In this document: one piece after another, positions 28,999 to 37,622 of the stretch
Position numbering within the stretch: position 1 is the stretch's first letter
Layout: every line of letters begins with the position of its first letter
DNA from: Alphaproteobacteria bacterium
GTDB taxonomy: Bacteria > Pseudomonadota > Alphaproteobacteria > JACZXZ01
Assembly: GCA_035509415.1 (NCBI GenBank)
Contig: DATJLQ010000096.1
Coordinates: forward strand, 24,919-88,918
DNA: 64,000 bases
Direction: 5' to 3'
Translations under genes and position numbers: made by a program
Notes under the pieces: generated by a model
Told to the model about the DNA's origin: nothing
Databases searched by the model: none
Seen by the model: the letters and a program-made list of their open reading frames with translations, nothing else

Positions 28999-31140
28999 TC
29001 AGTTCTCCACGACGGTCGCTTCGGGACCCAACGCCCCCTTACCGGCGGGCAAACCCGGCCGGACCTCAACGTCGAGGCAGCCATAGGCATCGACCACGAC
29101 GCGGTCGCCGATACCGATGATGGTCGTCGATTCGCGCTCCTCGATCACCGCCGGACCGACCAAGATCTGGCCGACCTGAAGGGACGACCGCTCGAACACG
29201 GGTGCGCGCCGGAACGCCGCGCTGCCGACGACGTAGATGTCCCGGAATGCCTTGGGCGCCGCGTCGGTCATGGCGGCCGGCCGCGAGATGGCTGGCGCGC
29301 GCACGCGTCGCTGGAGCTGGATCCGGGCGGTTGCGACCTCGATCGAGTTTTCCTCGTCGACCTTGCCGTAGAGCGTCGCATAAAGCTCGAGGAAGGCTGC
29401 GCTCCACGCCGCAACCGCAGTCTCGGCCTGGATCGGCCGCTCGATCGGAATTTCCAGCGAATAATCCTGTCCCGCGTAGCGCAAGTCGAGGAAGCGCATG
29501 TACTGCGCCTCGGAGAGTTCGGGCAGGAGTGCTGCGGCATCGCGCTCGATCTCCTCGAAGATCGTTTCCAGCGCCTCGAGATCGACGGTCGTGAGCAACG
29601 CGCCCACCGTGCGGCTGCGCTCGATCGCCATCGGCGCCGCGAGCAGGCCGAGAGACGACATGACGCCCGAGAATGGCGGGATCACGACGCGTCCGATTCC
29701 GAGCTTGCGCGCGAGCTCGACCGCGTGCACCGGGCCCGCGCCGCCCGAGGCGACCAGGGCGAGATCGCCGCTCGATTTCCCCTTGTCGGTGACGTAGATG
29801 CGCGCCGCCGCCGCCATGGTTTCGCTCACCAGGCCGAAGATGCCTGCGGCTGCGGCGGCGATATCGAGTCCGGTCGGGACGGCGATCTTGGTCTTGATCG
29901 CGCGCTCGGCGGCGGCGCGATCGAGCGGCATCTCGCCGCCGAGAAAATAATCCGGATTGAGATAACCGAGCACGAGATCGGCGTCGGTCACGGTCGGATC
30001 CTTACCGCCGAGCCCGTAGCATGCCGGCCCCGGATCCGAGGCGGCGCTATTGGGCCCGACCTGCAGCAGATCGAGATCGTTCACGCGCGCGATGCTGCCG
30101 CCGCCGGCGCCGATTTCGAGCAGATCGTAAACCGGGAGCGAGACCGGATATCCGCTGCCGGCCTTGAATCGGTGCACGCGGCCGACCTCGAACGAGCGCG
30201 TGCGCGCGGCGTGACCGTTCTCGATGATGCAGAGCTTCGCCGTCGTGCCGCCCATGTCGAAGGCGAGCATGGTGTCGAGGCCGATCAGGCGGCCGAAGAA
30301 GCCGACCGCCTCGACGCCCGCGGCCGGTCCGGATTCGAGGATCTGGACCGGGAAACGCTTTGCGGTGTCGACCGTCGCGGTGCCGCCGTTGGACAGCATG
30401 AGGAACAGACTGCGTGCGAAGCCGCGCTTTTTGAGGCCCTCGTCGAGCCGCTCGATATAGGCGCTCGCGGTGCGCTTCACGTAAGCGTCGATCACCGTGG
30501 TCGAGGTGCGCTCGAATTCCTTGGGCTCCGGCAAGACCTCGTGGGAAAGCGAGAGATCGACGCCCGGGAGTTCGGCGGCCAGGATTTCGGCAGCGCGCTT
30601 CTCGTTCGCAGGATTCCGATAGGAATGGAGGAAGCAAATCGCGACCGCCTCGACCCCCTCGCGCCGGAACAGGGCCGCCGCTTCTTTCAGCTCCTGCTCA
30701 TTCACCGCCTCGGTCACGCTGCCGTCGGAGAGGGTGCGCTCGGATATGCCGACCCTCAGCCGGCGCGGCACGAGCGGCGGCGGGAACCGGATGAACATGT
30801 CGAAGACGGTGTATCGAACCTCGCGCCCGATCTCGAGGATATCGCGGAAGCCCTTGGTGGTGATCAGCCCGGTACGGCTGCCCTTGCCCTCGAGGATCAC
30901 GTTGGTCACGAGAGTGGTCGCGTGGATGATGTCGTTGGTCGTAGGCAGGAGATCGGGCAAGGCCTCGGCGAGCCGCTTGAGGCCGGCATAGACCGCCAAA
31001 TCCGGCCGCTCGGGCGTGGTGAGCGTCTTTTCGATCCGAATCCGGCCGCTCGACTGGTCGGTCACCGTGAAGTCGGTGAACGTCCCGCCGATGTCGATGC
31101 CGATACGATATTTGCCGCTTGCCACCCGCGCATCCAACAT
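28999..31140 (-). CDS. hyuA: hydantoinase A / oxoprolinase-family ATPase subunit (HyuA)
   Basis: MLDARVASGKYRIGIDIGGTFTDF... sugar-kinase/ASKHA-like N-terminus and hydantoinase_A domains. Start ATG at 31140. Confidence 0.9.
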   Translation of the reverse strand: MLDARVASGKYRIGIDIGGTFTDFTVTDQSSGRIRIEKTLTTPERPDLAVYAGLKRLAEALPDLLPTTNDIIHATTLVTNVILEGKGSRTGLITTKGFRDILEIGREVRYTVFDMFIRFPPPLVPRRLRVGISERTLSDGSVTEAVNEQELKEAAALFRREGVEAVAICFLHSYRNPANEKRAAEILAAELPGVDLSLSHEVLPEPKEFERTSTTVIDAYVKRTASAYIERLDEGLKKRGFARSLFLMLSNGGTATVDTAKRFPVQILESGPAAGVEAVGFFGRLIGLDTMLAFDMGGTTAKLCIIENGHAARTRSFEVGRVHRFKAGSGYPVSLPVYDLLEIGAGGGSIARVNDLDLLQVGPNSAASDPGPACYGLGGKDPTVTDADLVLGYLNPDYFLGGEMPLDRAAAERAIKTKIAVPTGLDIAAAAAGIFGLVSETMAAAARIYVTDKGKSSGDLALVASGGAGPVHAVELARKLGIGRVVIPPFSGVMSSLGLLAAPMAIERSRTVGALLTTVDLEALETIFEEIERDAAALLPELSEAQYMRFLDLRYAGQDYSLEIPIERPIQAETAVAAWSAAFLELYATLYGKVDEENSIEVATARIQLQRRVRAPAISRPAAMTDAAPKAFRDIYVVGSAAFRRAPVFERSSLQVGQILVGPAVIEERESTTIIGIGDRVVVDAYGCLDVEVRPGLPAGKGALGPEATVVEN

Positions 31141-31167
31141 GTTCAATATTGTTGAACAGCACTGTTC
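31141..31167. promoter_or_regulatory. two overlapping inverted repeats GTTCAA-TATTG-TTGAAC and GAACAG-CA-CTGTTC at the divergent hyuA / Rieske promoter; candidate operator
   Basis: Read from the sequence. Starts immediately at the minus-strand hyuA start codon, about 90 bp upstream of the Rieske alpha ATG. The half-site resembles the palindrome at 11201. Confidence 0.35.
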
Positions 31168-31252
31168 CATAAGCCAGGATGGGACGCAAGCGCGAATCGC
31201 GCCATGTCGGAACCGCCGGCGGCCGGCACGGCGCGTGGAAGGAGGGGCGCAC

Positions 31253-32524
31253 ATGACGCTCGTCAATGACCCGGGATTCACGGTCGACTGGCCGCGCGAC
31301 GATTATTCGCGCATTCCCTACTGGCTGTTCCACGATCCCAAGGTCTACGAACTGGAGCGCGCGCGCATCTTCCGCGGCCCGGTATGGAATTATCTTGGGC
31401 TCGAGGCGGAGATCCCGAAGCCCGACGATTTCCGCACCACCTTCGTGGGCGACATTCCGGTCGTCGTCGCTCGCGCCGGCGACGGCACGGTCCACGCGTT
31501 CGTCAACCGCTGCGCCCACCGCGGCGCCCAGATCGTCCGCACGACGCACGGCAGCGCCAAGGATTTCGTCTGCATTTATCATCGCTGGTGCTATTCGCTC
31601 GAAGGCGATCTCATCGGCATCCCGTTCAAGCGCGGCCTCAAGGGCCAGGGCGGCATGGCCGATTTCGACATGGCGGCGAACGGCCCCGAGAAGCTGCGCG
31701 TGGCGAGCCTGAGCGGCATGATATTCGGCACTTTCTCCGCCCATACCGAGCCGCTGGAGGGTTACCTGGGCGCCTTCGGTTGCGGCCTGATCGAGCGCCT
31801 GCTGGGGAAGCCGATCCGCATCTATGGCTACCAGCGCCAGGTGATTCACGCGAACTGGAAATTCTACGCGGAGAACTTGCGCGATACCTACCATGCGAGC
31901 CTGCTGCACACCTTCCTGTCGTCCTACGGCATCGATCGGGCGACCCAGAAAGGGGGCGTCAAGATGGACGGCCGCCACCGCCACAGCATGAATTATGCCT
32001 TCGCGGCGACCGACGGCCAGGATGAGGCGCGCGCCGCCTATGCCGGCAATTCGGGCGTCTCTCTCGATCGGCTCAAGCTGCGCGACGGCTCCCTGATGCG
32101 CTACGTGCCGGAGTTCGAGGACGGCATGAACCTCGCGACCCCGACATTCTTCCCCAATGTCCTGCTGATCCAGGTCAACAACGTCCTCTCGACGCGCCAG
32201 ATCCGGCCGAAGGGCAAGGACGCGTTCGAGGTGTTCCAGACCCTGTTCGGCTATGCCGACGACGACGAGGCCATGACGCGCCATCGCCTGAAGCAGTCGA
32301 ACCTGGTTGGGCCGGCGGGCTATGTCTCGATGGAGGACGGCGAGGCGATCGAGCTCGCCCACCGCGCGAGCGCCTCCTCGCAGGGCTTTACCTCCGTGAT
32401 CGAGATGGGAGGGCGCGGGCCGATCCGCGACCTCGAGCACCGGGTTACCGACGTGCCGGTGCGCGGCTTCTGGTCTTATTGGTCGGAGCTCATGGGCGTC
32501 GAGCCCGTTTGCGGGGTGCGATGA
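31253..32524 (+). CDS. Rieske non-heme iron ring-hydroxylating oxygenase, alpha subunit
   Basis: Rieske CAHRG...(17)...CIYHRW and mononuclear iron site DTYHASLLH. Shine-Dalgarno GGAAGGAGGGG before the ATG. Confidence 0.9.
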   Translation: MTLVNDPGFTVDWPRDDYSRIPYWLFHDPKVYELERARIFRGPVWNYLGLEAEIPKPDDFRTTFVGDIPVVVARAGDGTVHAFVNRCAHRGAQIVRTTHGSAKDFVCIYHRWCYSLEGDLIGIPFKRGLKGQGGMADFDMAANGPEKLRVASLSGMIFGTFSAHTEPLEGYLGAFGCGLIERLLGKPIRIYGYQRQVIHANWKFYAENLRDTYHASLLHTFLSSYGIDRATQKGGVKMDGRHRHSMNYAFAATDGQDEARAAYAGNSGVSLDRLKLRDGSLMRYVPEFEDGMNLATPTFFPNVLLIQVNNVLSTRQIRPKGKDAFEVFQTLFGYADDDEAMTRHRLKQSNLVGPAGYVSMEDGEAIELAHRASASSQGFTSVIEMGGRGPIRDLEHRVTDVPVRGFWSYWSELMGVEPVCGVR

Positions 32525-32988
32525 GCCGGCGCGAGGCGGTGCGCGATCTGGTCGTCGAATATGGCGCGCTCATCGACGCGGACCGTCTCGAGGATTGGGT
32601 CGAGCTCTTCGCTTCCGACTGCCGGTACAGCGTCATCAGTGCGGAAAATCTGGCGCAAGATCTGCCGCAAACGCTCATGGCGTGCGACAGCAAGGACATG
32701 CTGCGCGATCGGGTGACCGCGTACCGGGAAGTGAACGAATACAATTTCCACAGCGACCGCCACGTAATCGGCGGCGTGCGCTTCCGCGACGAGAGCACGG
32801 GCGGTCCCTGGCGCATCGAGGCGAACTACAGCCTGTTCCAGACCGACGTGGAGGGAGTCACGCGCTTGTTTCTCGTCGGTCAGTACGACATGTCGGTCGT
32901 GTTCGAGGACGAGCGGCCGCGCTTTGCCGATGTGCGCGTGGTGGTCGACACTGCCTCGATCCCGACCCTCCTCGCGACACCGATATAA
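32521..32988 (+). CDS. ring-hydroxylating oxygenase beta subunit (NTF2/SnoaL-like)
   Basis: MSRREAVRDLVVEYGALIDADRLEDWVELFASDCRY... is a typical small subunit. ATGA overlap with the alpha stop. Confidence 0.8.
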   Translation: MSRREAVRDLVVEYGALIDADRLEDWVELFASDCRYSVISAENLAQDLPQTLMACDSKDMLRDRVTAYREVNEYNFHSDRHVIGGVRFRDESTGGPWRIEANYSLFQTDVEGVTRLFLVGQYDMSVVFEDERPRFADVRVVVDTASIPTLLATPI

Positions 32989-33079
32989 GTGTCCACGACG
33001 ACGGCGCTTCTCTCGAGACGGTTCTCGATCCGCGCCCAACCTGCCTAGGCCTCGACGACGCACCCCTCTTGGAAACCTC

Positions 33080-35155
33080 ATGACTTCTGGACGCACCCTG
33101 GACAATCCTCGACAGCCGAGCGAGCGCGCGGTCGATCCCGTGACGCTTCAGGTCTTTCAACAGCGCTTGATCGGCATCGTGCGCGAGATGCGCGCGACCA
33201 TGGTCCATTCCGCCTTCTCGGCCGCGATTTGCGAGCTGTTCGATCTCTCCTGCGCGCTCTTGAGCGCGCGCGGCGAGTTGATCGTCCAGTCCGAGGACAA
33301 CCCGCAGCACATTTTCCCGCTCCTCTGGTCGGCCCAGGAAGTGATGCGCCGCTACGGCAACGACATACGGCCCGACGACGTTTTCCTCCACAACGACCCC
33401 TACGAGGGCGGAACACACCTCAACGACATCGCGATCATCGTACCCTTTTTCGTCGACGGCCAGCTCGTTGCATTCCCGGTTGTGCGCGCTCATTGGGAGG
33501 ATGTCGGCGGCTCGACGCACGGCAGCATATCGGGCCAGAACCGCGAGATCTTCCAGGAAGGCCTGCGCATCCCGCTCACGCGCCTCAAGGCGAACTCGCC
33601 CGAGTTCGAGGCGTTCATGGCGCTGCTGTTCTCGAACATGCGCATTCCCAACGAGCGCCGCGGCGATTTCGACGCCATGATGGGGACTTCCGAGATCGGG
33701 CGGCGCCGGCTCGCCGAGGTCGTGGACCGCTATGGCGTGGGCCAGGTGCTGCGCTTCATGGACCGACTCCTCGACCAGGAGGAGACGCGCATGAGGGCAA
33801 AATTGAGGGCGCTTCCCGAGGGCGCTTTCACGTTCGAGAACTATCTCGATCCTCGGCCCGATCTCGGCGTGGCCCAGAAGATCGCCGTGCGCGTCGCGAT
33901 CGCGGACGGCCGCATCGAGGTTTCGTTCGACGGCTCGAGTCCCCAGATCGACGGACCCTTCAATATCGGCCCCTCGGGCGCGCCGACCGGCGTCTTTATC
34001 ATCGCGAAGTCGCTGCTCGACCCGAAAGGACCGGTCAATTCCGGGAGCTTCCGGCCCATTTCGGTCGACGCGCCGGCGGGCTCGTTCGTCAATGCCGTCT
34101 ACCCCGCTGCGGTGGGCGCCATGGGCGACGTCCGGCGGTCCTTGGAAAGCACCGTCATGGCGGCCCTGGCATCGGTCCTGCCCGACCGCGTCACCGGCGA
34201 CACGAAGGGCACGTCGAACCAGCTTTTGATCGGCGGACGCCGGCCTGGCACCGGCCATGCCTGGCTTCTTTACGAGGCGCCTGCCGGCGGTACCGGCGGC
34301 TTCGAGGGCGGCGACGGCAATTCCACCTTGCGCACATTTGCCGAGGGCGACTTCAGCGCGGTCCAGCCGGTCGAGGCGATCGAGCAGAAATTTCCGCTGC
34401 GCGTCGAGGAAGTGTGTCTGCGCGCCGATTCCGCGGGCGACGGCAAATATCGCGGCGGTCTCGGCATGCGTCGCGTGATCCGCCTTCTGGTCGAGAGCGC
34501 GTCCCTGTCGAGCGTGTCGGACAAGAACGTGGTCCCGCCTTATGGACTTTTCGGCGGCACCGGTGGTGCCCAGAACAAAATCTCGGTCGAGCGCGGCGGC
34601 AAATCGATCGCACCGTCGCGGGCGCCGGGCAAGATCTCCAACTTCCACCTGCGCAAGGACGACCGCGTCATCTTCGAGTCGAGCGGCGGCGGCGGCTATG
34701 GCGATCCGCTCGATCGCGATCCGGACGACGTCGCGCGCGACGTGAGCCTGGGATACGTCTCCGCGTCGCGGGCGCGCCAGGTCTATGGCGTCGTCGTGAG
34801 CCGCGGCAAAGCATCGGCCGCGAAGACCGGCGTCCGGCGCCGCGCGCTTCTGAACGCGCGCGTGACTTTATCGGTTGCGCTCGGCGAGGTACCGGCAAAT
34901 GCGCTCAAGCTGCCGACCGCGCTTGTCCATCCCGCGACTGCGCGCAAGGCAAACTTGCGCGCGGGCCAGATCGGCGAACTCCTTTCGGCGCGCAAGCCCG
35001 CCGCTCCCATTCGGATCGTGATCGCGACATCGGCCGGGCTCGCGCGCGGCAAGATCGTCGTCGCGAGGAGCGCGGCGCGCTTTCACGGATGGGCATCGGG
35101 CCACGGCGTGCGGTTGCGCGCGCTGCCGCGGCACGTCGATGCGTTTCAGGAGTGA
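33080..35155 (+). CDS. hyuB: hydantoinase B / oxoprolinase-family subunit (HyuB) with approx 130-aa Ala/Arg-rich C-terminal extension
   Basis: Core like the minus-strand HyuB (VFQQRLIGIVREMRATMVHSAFS...GGGGYGDPLDRDP), then extra residues ...GKIVVARSAARFHGWASGHGVRLRAL. Total 692 aa versus 605 aa for the paralog. Confidence 0.82.
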   Translation: MTSGRTLDNPRQPSERAVDPVTLQVFQQRLIGIVREMRATMVHSAFSAAICELFDLSCALLSARGELIVQSEDNPQHIFPLLWSAQEVMRRYGNDIRPDDVFLHNDPYEGGTHLNDIAIIVPFFVDGQLVAFPVVRAHWEDVGGSTHGSISGQNREIFQEGLRIPLTRLKANSPEFEAFMALLFSNMRIPNERRGDFDAMMGTSEIGRRRLAEVVDRYGVGQVLRFMDRLLDQEETRMRAKLRALPEGAFTFENYLDPRPDLGVAQKIAVRVAIADGRIEVSFDGSSPQIDGPFNIGPSGAPTGVFIIAKSLLDPKGPVNSGSFRPISVDAPAGSFVNAVYPAAVGAMGDVRRSLESTVMAALASVLPDRVTGDTKGTSNQLLIGGRRPGTGHAWLLYEAPAGGTGGFEGGDGNSTLRTFAEGDFSAVQPVEAIEQKFPLRVEEVCLRADSAGDGKYRGGLGMRRVIRLLVESASLSSVSDKNVVPPYGLFGGTGGAQNKISVERGGKSIAPSRAPGKISNFHLRKDDRVIFESSGGGGYGDPLDRDPDDVARDVSLGYVSASRARQVYGVVVSRGKASAAKTGVRRRALLNARVTLSVALGEVPANALKLPTALVHPATARKANLRAGQIGELLSARKPAAPIRIVIATSAGLARGKIVVARSAARFHGWASGHGVRLRALPRHVDAFQE

Positions 35156-35164
35156 TCGCGCGCC

Positions 35165-37222
35165 ATGCTCGTCCTCGGCATCGACATCGGCGGCACGTTC
35201 ACGGACCTGATCCTCTACGACACCGAGGCGGGGACATTCTCGGCCGGCAAAGTCCCTTCCGTACCCGGACGGCAGTGGGAAGGGCTCGCGGCCGGCCTTG
35301 CGGCACTCGACCTCGATGCGGGTCGACTCGCAAGCGTGGTGCACGGCACCACGGTCGGGACCAACGCAATCCTCGAAGGCAAGACCGCGCGCACGGCGCT
35401 CGTCACCACCAAGGGTTTCCGCGACGTGCTCGAAATCGGGCGCAGCATGCGCTTGACTCCCGGCAGCCTGTTCGACACGCGCTTCAAGCGCCCCGCGCCG
35501 CTGGTGCCGCGCAATCTGCGCCTCGAGCTCAAGGAGCGCATCGGCGCGCGCGGCGAGGTGGTGACGCCGCTCGAGCCGCCCACGCTCGAGGCGCTCGCCC
35601 GCGCGCTGCGCGCGTCGAAGACCGAGGCGGTCGCGGTCTGCCTGATCAATGCGTACGCCAACCCCGATCACGAGAAGCGCGTCGTGGATTTCCTCTCGCA
35701 CGCGAATCTCGACGCCGCAATCTATCCCTCCCACGAGATCTCTCCCGAATATCGCGAATACGAGCGGACTTCGACCACGGTCATCAACGCCGCCGTGAGC
35801 CCGATCATCGACCGATACCTCGAGGCCTTCGAGGGTACGTTGCGCGAGCGGGGCTTCGCCGGCTCGCTGTTCATCATGGCGTCCAATGGCGGCACGCTCC
35901 CGCGCCGTGTCGTGAGCCGCTCGGGCGCGCACACGATCCTTTCCGGGCCCGTGGGCGGCGTCCGGGGGGCGCTTTTGGTCGCGAAATCGATCGGCCGGTC
36001 GCGCGTGATCACGCTCGACATGGGCGGCACCAGCACCGATGTCGCCCTGATCGACGGGCACGAGCCCGAAATGGCCGACGTGACGGTGATCAACGGCATG
36101 CCCTTGCGCCTGCCTCAACTCAACATCGTGACCGTGGGCGCGGGCGGCGGAAGCCTGGCCAAGATCGACGAGGGCGGCGGGGTCGATGTGGGCCCGGAGA
36201 GCGCGGGCGCGCGTCCCGGTCCGGCCTGCTACGGCTTCGGCAATGCCACGCCGACGGTGACCGACGCGAATCTGGCGCTCGGCCGCCTGGGCGTCGAGTT
36301 GATCGGCGGCGCCATGCGCATGCAGCCCGAGCTCGCGACCGCGGCGATCGAGCGCTTGGCGGCGGCGGCCGGCGTCGAGCCCATGCACCTCGCCTCGGGC
36401 ATCGTCGAGATCGCGGTCGCGCGCATGGCGAATGCGATCCGCGAGGTCTCGGTCGAGCAAGGCGCCGACCCGCGCGGCTTCGCGCTGTTCGCCTTCGGCG
36501 GCGCGGGACCGCTGCATGGCTGCGCGGTCGCGTCCGAGCTCGGCATCGCCGAGGTGATCGTGCCGCCGTATCCCGGCCATGTCTGCGCCTATGGGCTGCT
36601 TGCCTCGGAGCTGCGCCAGGATCGCGCACGCACGTGGCTGCGCGCGTTCGCCGATGTCGACCGGAAGACGCTACGGCAGGCGCTCGAGAAGGAGGGCGAT
36701 GCGCTGCGAAAATCGGTTCGTCAGGCGGGCTGGCCCCTCGATAGGACCGACCTCCGCTACGCGCTCGATCTTCGCTATGTGGGGCAGTCCTTCGCGGTAC
36801 GGGTCGAGCTGCGCGGCCTCGCGGATGGGGACATCGAGGCGCTGCCGGCGGATTTCGGCGCGCGCCATGAGGAGCTCTACGGTCATCGCCATACGCGCGG
36901 CATCGAGATCGTGACCCTGCGCGTCACGGCGCGCGCGCCGCGAGCCTTCGGTTTCGACTTGCCGAAGGCGACACCGCCAAGCCGCTCGGGGTCGGGTCCG
37001 CGCGCGAGCGTCTCCCGCTTGCGCCGGATTTACGAGCGTGGAGCGTGGGTGGAGTGCCCGGTCGTCGATCGCGCCGATCTTTCGCCGGGCGACACGCTGG
37101 TTGGCCCCGCGATCGTCGAGGAAATCGGATCGACGACTTTCGTCGAGCGCGGATGGACGATGCGCGTCGAGCCGACTCTCGCGATGGTCCTTACGACGCG
37201 GGCCGAGACCGGGAAAGATTGA
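35165..37222 (+). CDS. hyuA: hydantoinase A / oxoprolinase-family subunit (HyuA)
   Basis: MLVLGIDIGGTFTDLILYD.... Gene order B then A; 10-nt gap after hyuB. Confidence 0.9.
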   Translation: MLVLGIDIGGTFTDLILYDTEAGTFSAGKVPSVPGRQWEGLAAGLAALDLDAGRLASVVHGTTVGTNAILEGKTARTALVTTKGFRDVLEIGRSMRLTPGSLFDTRFKRPAPLVPRNLRLELKERIGARGEVVTPLEPPTLEALARALRASKTEAVAVCLINAYANPDHEKRVVDFLSHANLDAAIYPSHEISPEYREYERTSTTVINAAVSPIIDRYLEAFEGTLRERGFAGSLFIMASNGGTLPRRVVSRSGAHTILSGPVGGVRGALLVAKSIGRSRVITLDMGGTSTDVALIDGHEPEMADVTVINGMPLRLPQLNIVTVGAGGGSLAKIDEGGGVDVGPESAGARPGPACYGFGNATPTVTDANLALGRLGVELIGGAMRMQPELATAAIERLAAAAGVEPMHLASGIVEIAVARMANAIREVSVEQGADPRGFALFAFGGAGPLHGCAVASELGIAEVIVPPYPGHVCAYGLLASELRQDRARTWLRAFADVDRKTLRQALEKEGDALRKSVRQAGWPLDRTDLRYALDLRYVGQSFAVRVELRGLADGDIEALPADFGARHEELYGHRHTRGIEIVTLRVTARAPRAFGFDLPKATPPSRSGSGPRASVSRLRRIYERGAWVECPVVDRADLSPGDTLVGPAIVEEIGSTTFVERGWTMRVEPTLAMVLTTRAETGKD

Positions 37223-37622
37223 GCGCCGCCCGCTGCCTCGCAAGTCGCGCCGGGACCCCGGTACCCGCTTTCGTGCGCGGCGCAAGTCCTCGAGGGAAAC
37301 GGTGGGCACGGCAAGGATTGAATTTGCGACCCCTTGACGTGCATCGCGCCTGTCACGGCTCCGCGCCCGATCGCTGGGCTCGGAATTCGGCGCCGCGGAG
37401 CCCTGGCAGATCGATTTTCGATCCGGTCCAGGCCCGCTTGATGCCCAGCGCCGCCGAGGCGCCATATGCAACCGTCGATCTCTCGCGCGATTTCGCGCTC
37501 CCTTGGTCGTGAGCGGTAGGCGACCCATGCACCGGTCATGCCCAAGGGGAGTGTCGAACTCCCGCGTTCCGCGCCTTCGTCCTCTTCGCCGACGGCCGAT
37601 TCAGGCTGGGCCGAAGGCGATG

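Noticed and set aside
37480-37580. tRNA-like element on the minus strand (T-arm-like GGGAG-TTCGACA-CTCCC followed by a 7-nt 3' stretch CTTGGGC, about 73 nt span)
   Set aside because: The acceptor stem has a terminal mismatch. No acceptable D-arm or anticodon stem could be folded. No CCA or conserved U8/A14/G18G19. Judged a chance T-loop-like hairpin in the convergent hyuA/iorB spacer.
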